Below, in pieces: positions 61,282 to 64,000 of a stretch of 64,000 nt of DNA (its first letter is position 1; each line of letters starts with the position of its first letter). The translations under genes and the position numbers were made by a program. The notes under the pieces were generated by a model. The model had not been told where the DNA came from. It was given only the letters and a program-made list of their open reading frames with translations, and ran no database searches. Source of the DNA: Candidatus Latescibacterota bacterium (lineage in GTDB: Bacteria; Latescibacterota; UBA2968; UBA8231); assembly GCA_965197905.1 (NCBI GenBank), contig CBDAOB010000004.1:800001-864000 (forward strand), written 5' to 3'.

Positions 61282-62751
61282 CTACTCCTTCGCCACGTAC
61301 AGCGCATACACCTTCGCATCCTCCGGCCGCAGCCCGTCGCCGTAGTTCACCTGCAGGCGGAACGACTCCCCCGTCGGCAGCTCGTCGCGTTCCTTCCAGC
61401 GCACCGGCAAGCGGAAGCCATCGTCCGCCAGCGGCACACAGGCATCTCCGGAGTACCCCGGCAGCGGATGGAAACCTTCATCCAGCACCTCCACCGTCAC
61501 CGGAGAGTGCTCGTTCAGATCGGCGTTGGCGAACACCTTCTGCGGACCGTCACCGGCGCGCAGGGGGCAGCTGATGAAGTGGGGCCGCGGCCTGGTGATC
61601 GGGAAGAACTCTCCTTCGCCGAAGATGATCTCGTCGAAGGTCTCGAAACACCCAAGCCGGTCCAGGTGCCAGCTGGCGCAGCGGATATCGCTACCGAAGA
61701 ACATGCCATACCACATCAGGGTCCTGTCGCCGCGGTTGACCATCGCCGGTCCGTGGGCATGGGTGAGCGCGCGGCCGCGGTCGTCCGGTTGCTCGGGCTC
61801 GACGGCGGCGGGGATGAACTTGAAATCGGGAATCGGCTCGCGATAGTGCAGGGCATCGTTCGAAACCACCAGGCCCAGGTCCATGTCGATCCGGTTCTGC
61901 TCACCCATCGGGTTGCCGTGCCACATGTCGTAGCACCCGATGATCACATTGCCGCGGCTCTGCAACATCGCGCCCTGATGGGCTTCCTCCGCCATGTTGT
62001 GGTGCGGCTCCATGCGCCGCGGCGGCACGTCGTCGCGGCGGAAACTGAGACAGGAAGCCTGGGTCCAGGTCTCGAAATCGTAGGAGGCGAAGGTGACCAT
62101 CTTGCGGGTGATGCCGAAGTGGGAGCCGTGGTAGCCCAGCTCGTCCTGGGAGGTGACGTAATAACAGCCGTTGTGTTTGACCACGCTGCCGGTCTCCTGG
62201 GCCGGACCCACCGGGTTGTTGGGCGATTCCGTCCAGCGCAAGCCGTCGGGGCTGTAGGCCACCGCCAGGCTGTTGACGAACTGATTGGCCTCGATGCACA
62301 TCTTGAAGCGACGGTTGGGATCGGGATCGTCCGGATCGAAGATGACGGGCGCGCTGGTCAGACAGGGCTGGCCGTCGAACAGGTCGATGATGTTGTTGTT
62401 TTTGTTGCCGTTGAACTCGATCAAGCCCAGGTTCGGTCGTTCCCAGTTGTAACCGTCTTGACTAACCGCATAACCCAAGCGCCGGGACTTGTCCAGACTA
62501 CTCTTGGCCTGGTACCACATGCGCAGCTCGCCGTCGAAATCGATGACCGTACCGTAGAAGCAGACCTTCTCGTCATCGGGCGCGCCAGGTTCGCCGGTGC
62601 GCAGGACGATGGGGGGTTTGTTGTAGGGGGTCTTTCCCGGAACCAGCTGCAGCCGCAGTCCGGTGCTGAACGGGATGCTGTGCGTGTCGAAGGGAAACAG
62701 GACGGCTTCGTCGACCTTGTTGATGGGAGCTGCGTTGTGCACTTCCAGCAT
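61282..62751 (-). CDS. Family P GH-like beta-propeller protein
   Basis: YAVSQDGYNWERPNLG, DPNRRFKM; tail VYALYVAKE. Confidence 0.88.
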   Translation of the reverse strand: MLEVHNAAPINKVDEAVLFPFDTHSIPFSTGLRLQLVPGKTPYNKPPIVLRTGEPGAPDDEKVCFYGTVIDFDGELRMWYQAKSSLDKSRRLGYAVSQDGYNWERPNLGLIEFNGNKNNNIIDLFDGQPCLTSAPVIFDPDDPDPNRRFKMCIEANQFVNSLAVAYSPDGLRWTESPNNPVGPAQETGSVVKHNGCYYVTSQDELGYHGSHFGITRKMVTFASYDFETWTQASCLSFRRDDVPPRRMEPHHNMAEEAHQGAMLQSRGNVIIGCYDMWHGNPMGEQNRIDMDLGLVVSNDALHYREPIPDFKFIPAAVEPEQPDDRGRALTHAHGPAMVNRGDRTLMWYGMFFGSDIRCASWHLDRLGCFETFDEIIFGEGEFFPITRPRPHFISCPLRAGDGPQKVFANADLNEHSPVTVEVLDEGFHPLPGYSGDACVPLADDGFRLPVRWKERDELPTGESFRLQVNYGDGLRPEDAKVYALYVAKE

Positions 62752-63284
62752 AGCCTCAATCTCCTGTGGGGTTCGTGGGCTGCTTAGGGGATCAAACTAA
62801 TAAGGAATATGGCCGGGGGGCGCACGGATGCCAGGGTTGGGGTGATCGGTGAGCAAGTGTTGGGCAGCGGCTGCTGCCCGGTGACGGCGTCGGGTGCGGT
62901 TAGCACCGAGACCGTGGTTTGAGGATGTCACCAACGGTTGCTCCCTCGCCTTCCAGAAGGATTGATTCGACGGCGGGAAGGTCGGTGGTGAGCGATCAAC
63001 CGGTCTTCACCGCCGACATCGCTGCCACAGAGTCGTGTCGACTGACCGAGGTTTAGCGAAGCGGCGCGCTGTTTCCGGTGCTGTGTCTCGGCCACATAAG
63101 TCGTCCACAGTGGAAAGATCTGAATTGGCGAAACCCGGCCAATCACCGACCAGCGCCAAGAGGCAGTCAGGCAGTGCATTGTTATGCGCTTCTCTCTTCT
63201 CGTGATTTTCAATCAACCGTTTCACTGTCCGGTTTAAACATCACCTGCGGTCAAAATCATCAAAGGCCGTCAGGGCATGTAATG

Positions 63285-64000
63285 TTATGTGCCCTTCGTC
63301 TCGCTCTCCTCTGCTGTTGCAAGTTTTAGATTGATCTCGGCTTGCTCCAGACCGGGCGTGAGTTCAAGTGCGGTCTTGAGGAGCCTAATCGACTCATCCC
63401 TATTGCCTTGCTGCAGAAGCACGAGCGCCTTGTTGTTGAGAGCCGCGGCCTTCGCATTTGGAGGGGCGGACTCGAGACCTATCACCTTGTCGAACTCTTT
63501 GATGGCCCAATCCAGCTCTCCCATGTGAAGAAGGGACAAGCCGCTCTGGATCGTGATGCTTGGAGGGCCCGACACTAGCTGTCCTTGTTCGATCGTCCCT
63601 TGGGTTGGTACTCTCACCGTCGGCATTGTCGACATCACGTCAAATTCGCGGCCCACCTTGTGCGCGGCAGCGATGCGAATCGCGATCAGTTGGCCAATCA
63701 CAGGACGCTCGTCGACATGGTCCAACAAGTCGCTGTTGATGCTGTCTTGCGCATACCTAAGAAGAGCTCGATGAAGCAGGTTTTGAACGGCCATCTCGCG
63801 CGCTTCAGACTGCCTTTGCCCGCCGAGTGTCCGAGCATGCTCGGCCAGATTGTCGAAGAGGCGGGTGTCGCCAAAGAGGAGATATTCAGCCGCTGATGGT
63901 GATAGCTTCGCCAGTTTTACAATTGCGGCAACAAACTCCGGGTCTGAGCCGCAGTGGAACCTTGTGGCAACTAAGGCCCCTAGGTTCTCATCGAGCATCG
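63285..64000 (-). CDS. TPR-containing protein, 5'-partial
   Basis: C-terminal TPR units (ALNNKALVLLQQG...ALELTP...AEINL). Frame is open at the window edge. Confidence 0.65.
   Translation of the reverse strand, partial: MLDENLGALVATRFHCGSDPEFVAAIVKLAKLSPSAAEYLLFGDTRLFDNLAEHARTLGGQRQSEAREMAVQNLLHRALLRYAQDSINSDLLDHVDERPVIGQLIAIRIAAAHKVGREFDVMSTMPTVRVPTQGTIEQGQLVSGPPSITIQSGLSLLHMGELDWAIKEFDKVIGLESAPPNAKAAALNNKALVLLQQGNRDESIRLLKTALELTPGLEQAEINLKLATAEESETKGT

Noticed and set aside
1..64000. CRISPR array, tRNA, rRNA, integrase or prophage
   Set aside because: By eye I found no regularly spaced repeats, recognisable structural RNA, tyrosine/serine recombinase or phage genes. A covariance search was not possible.

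Overview
A 64-kb GC-rich accessory region with no housekeeping genes, rRNA, tRNA or CRISPR that I can detect. The gene content (T9SS/FlgD-tailed protein, DUF6785-type transporter, PhyH dioxygenases, sulfatase, GH116, sialidase) suggests a Latescibacterota/Poribacteria-like bacterium (inference). Most genes are on the minus strand. They include seven paralogues of a ~480-530 aa GH-like beta-propeller family (called P here) and two of a ~550 aa 'MDADR...' GH-like family (called M), mixed with unrelated cargo. The most striking structure lies between genes: many spacers are relics of neighbouring gene families. Several relics keep the RBS/start and first codons joined directly to the last codons and stop ('head+tail' collapsed genes), two of them visibly at microhomologies. 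A plus-strand block (29776-40393) carries TetR with operators, two peptidases, a coupled DUF3419/GNAT/heme-oxygenase-like triplet, an SGNH fragment and an IS-split amidase. Also present are an intact IS630, two ISKra4/ISLre2-like copies, a hairpin MITE, a decayed brnTA pair with a half attC-like site, and a candidate new leaderless toxin-antitoxin pair. Many frameshifts and noisy local duplications suggest long-read or mixed-strain consensus errors, so pseudogene calls need read-level checking.
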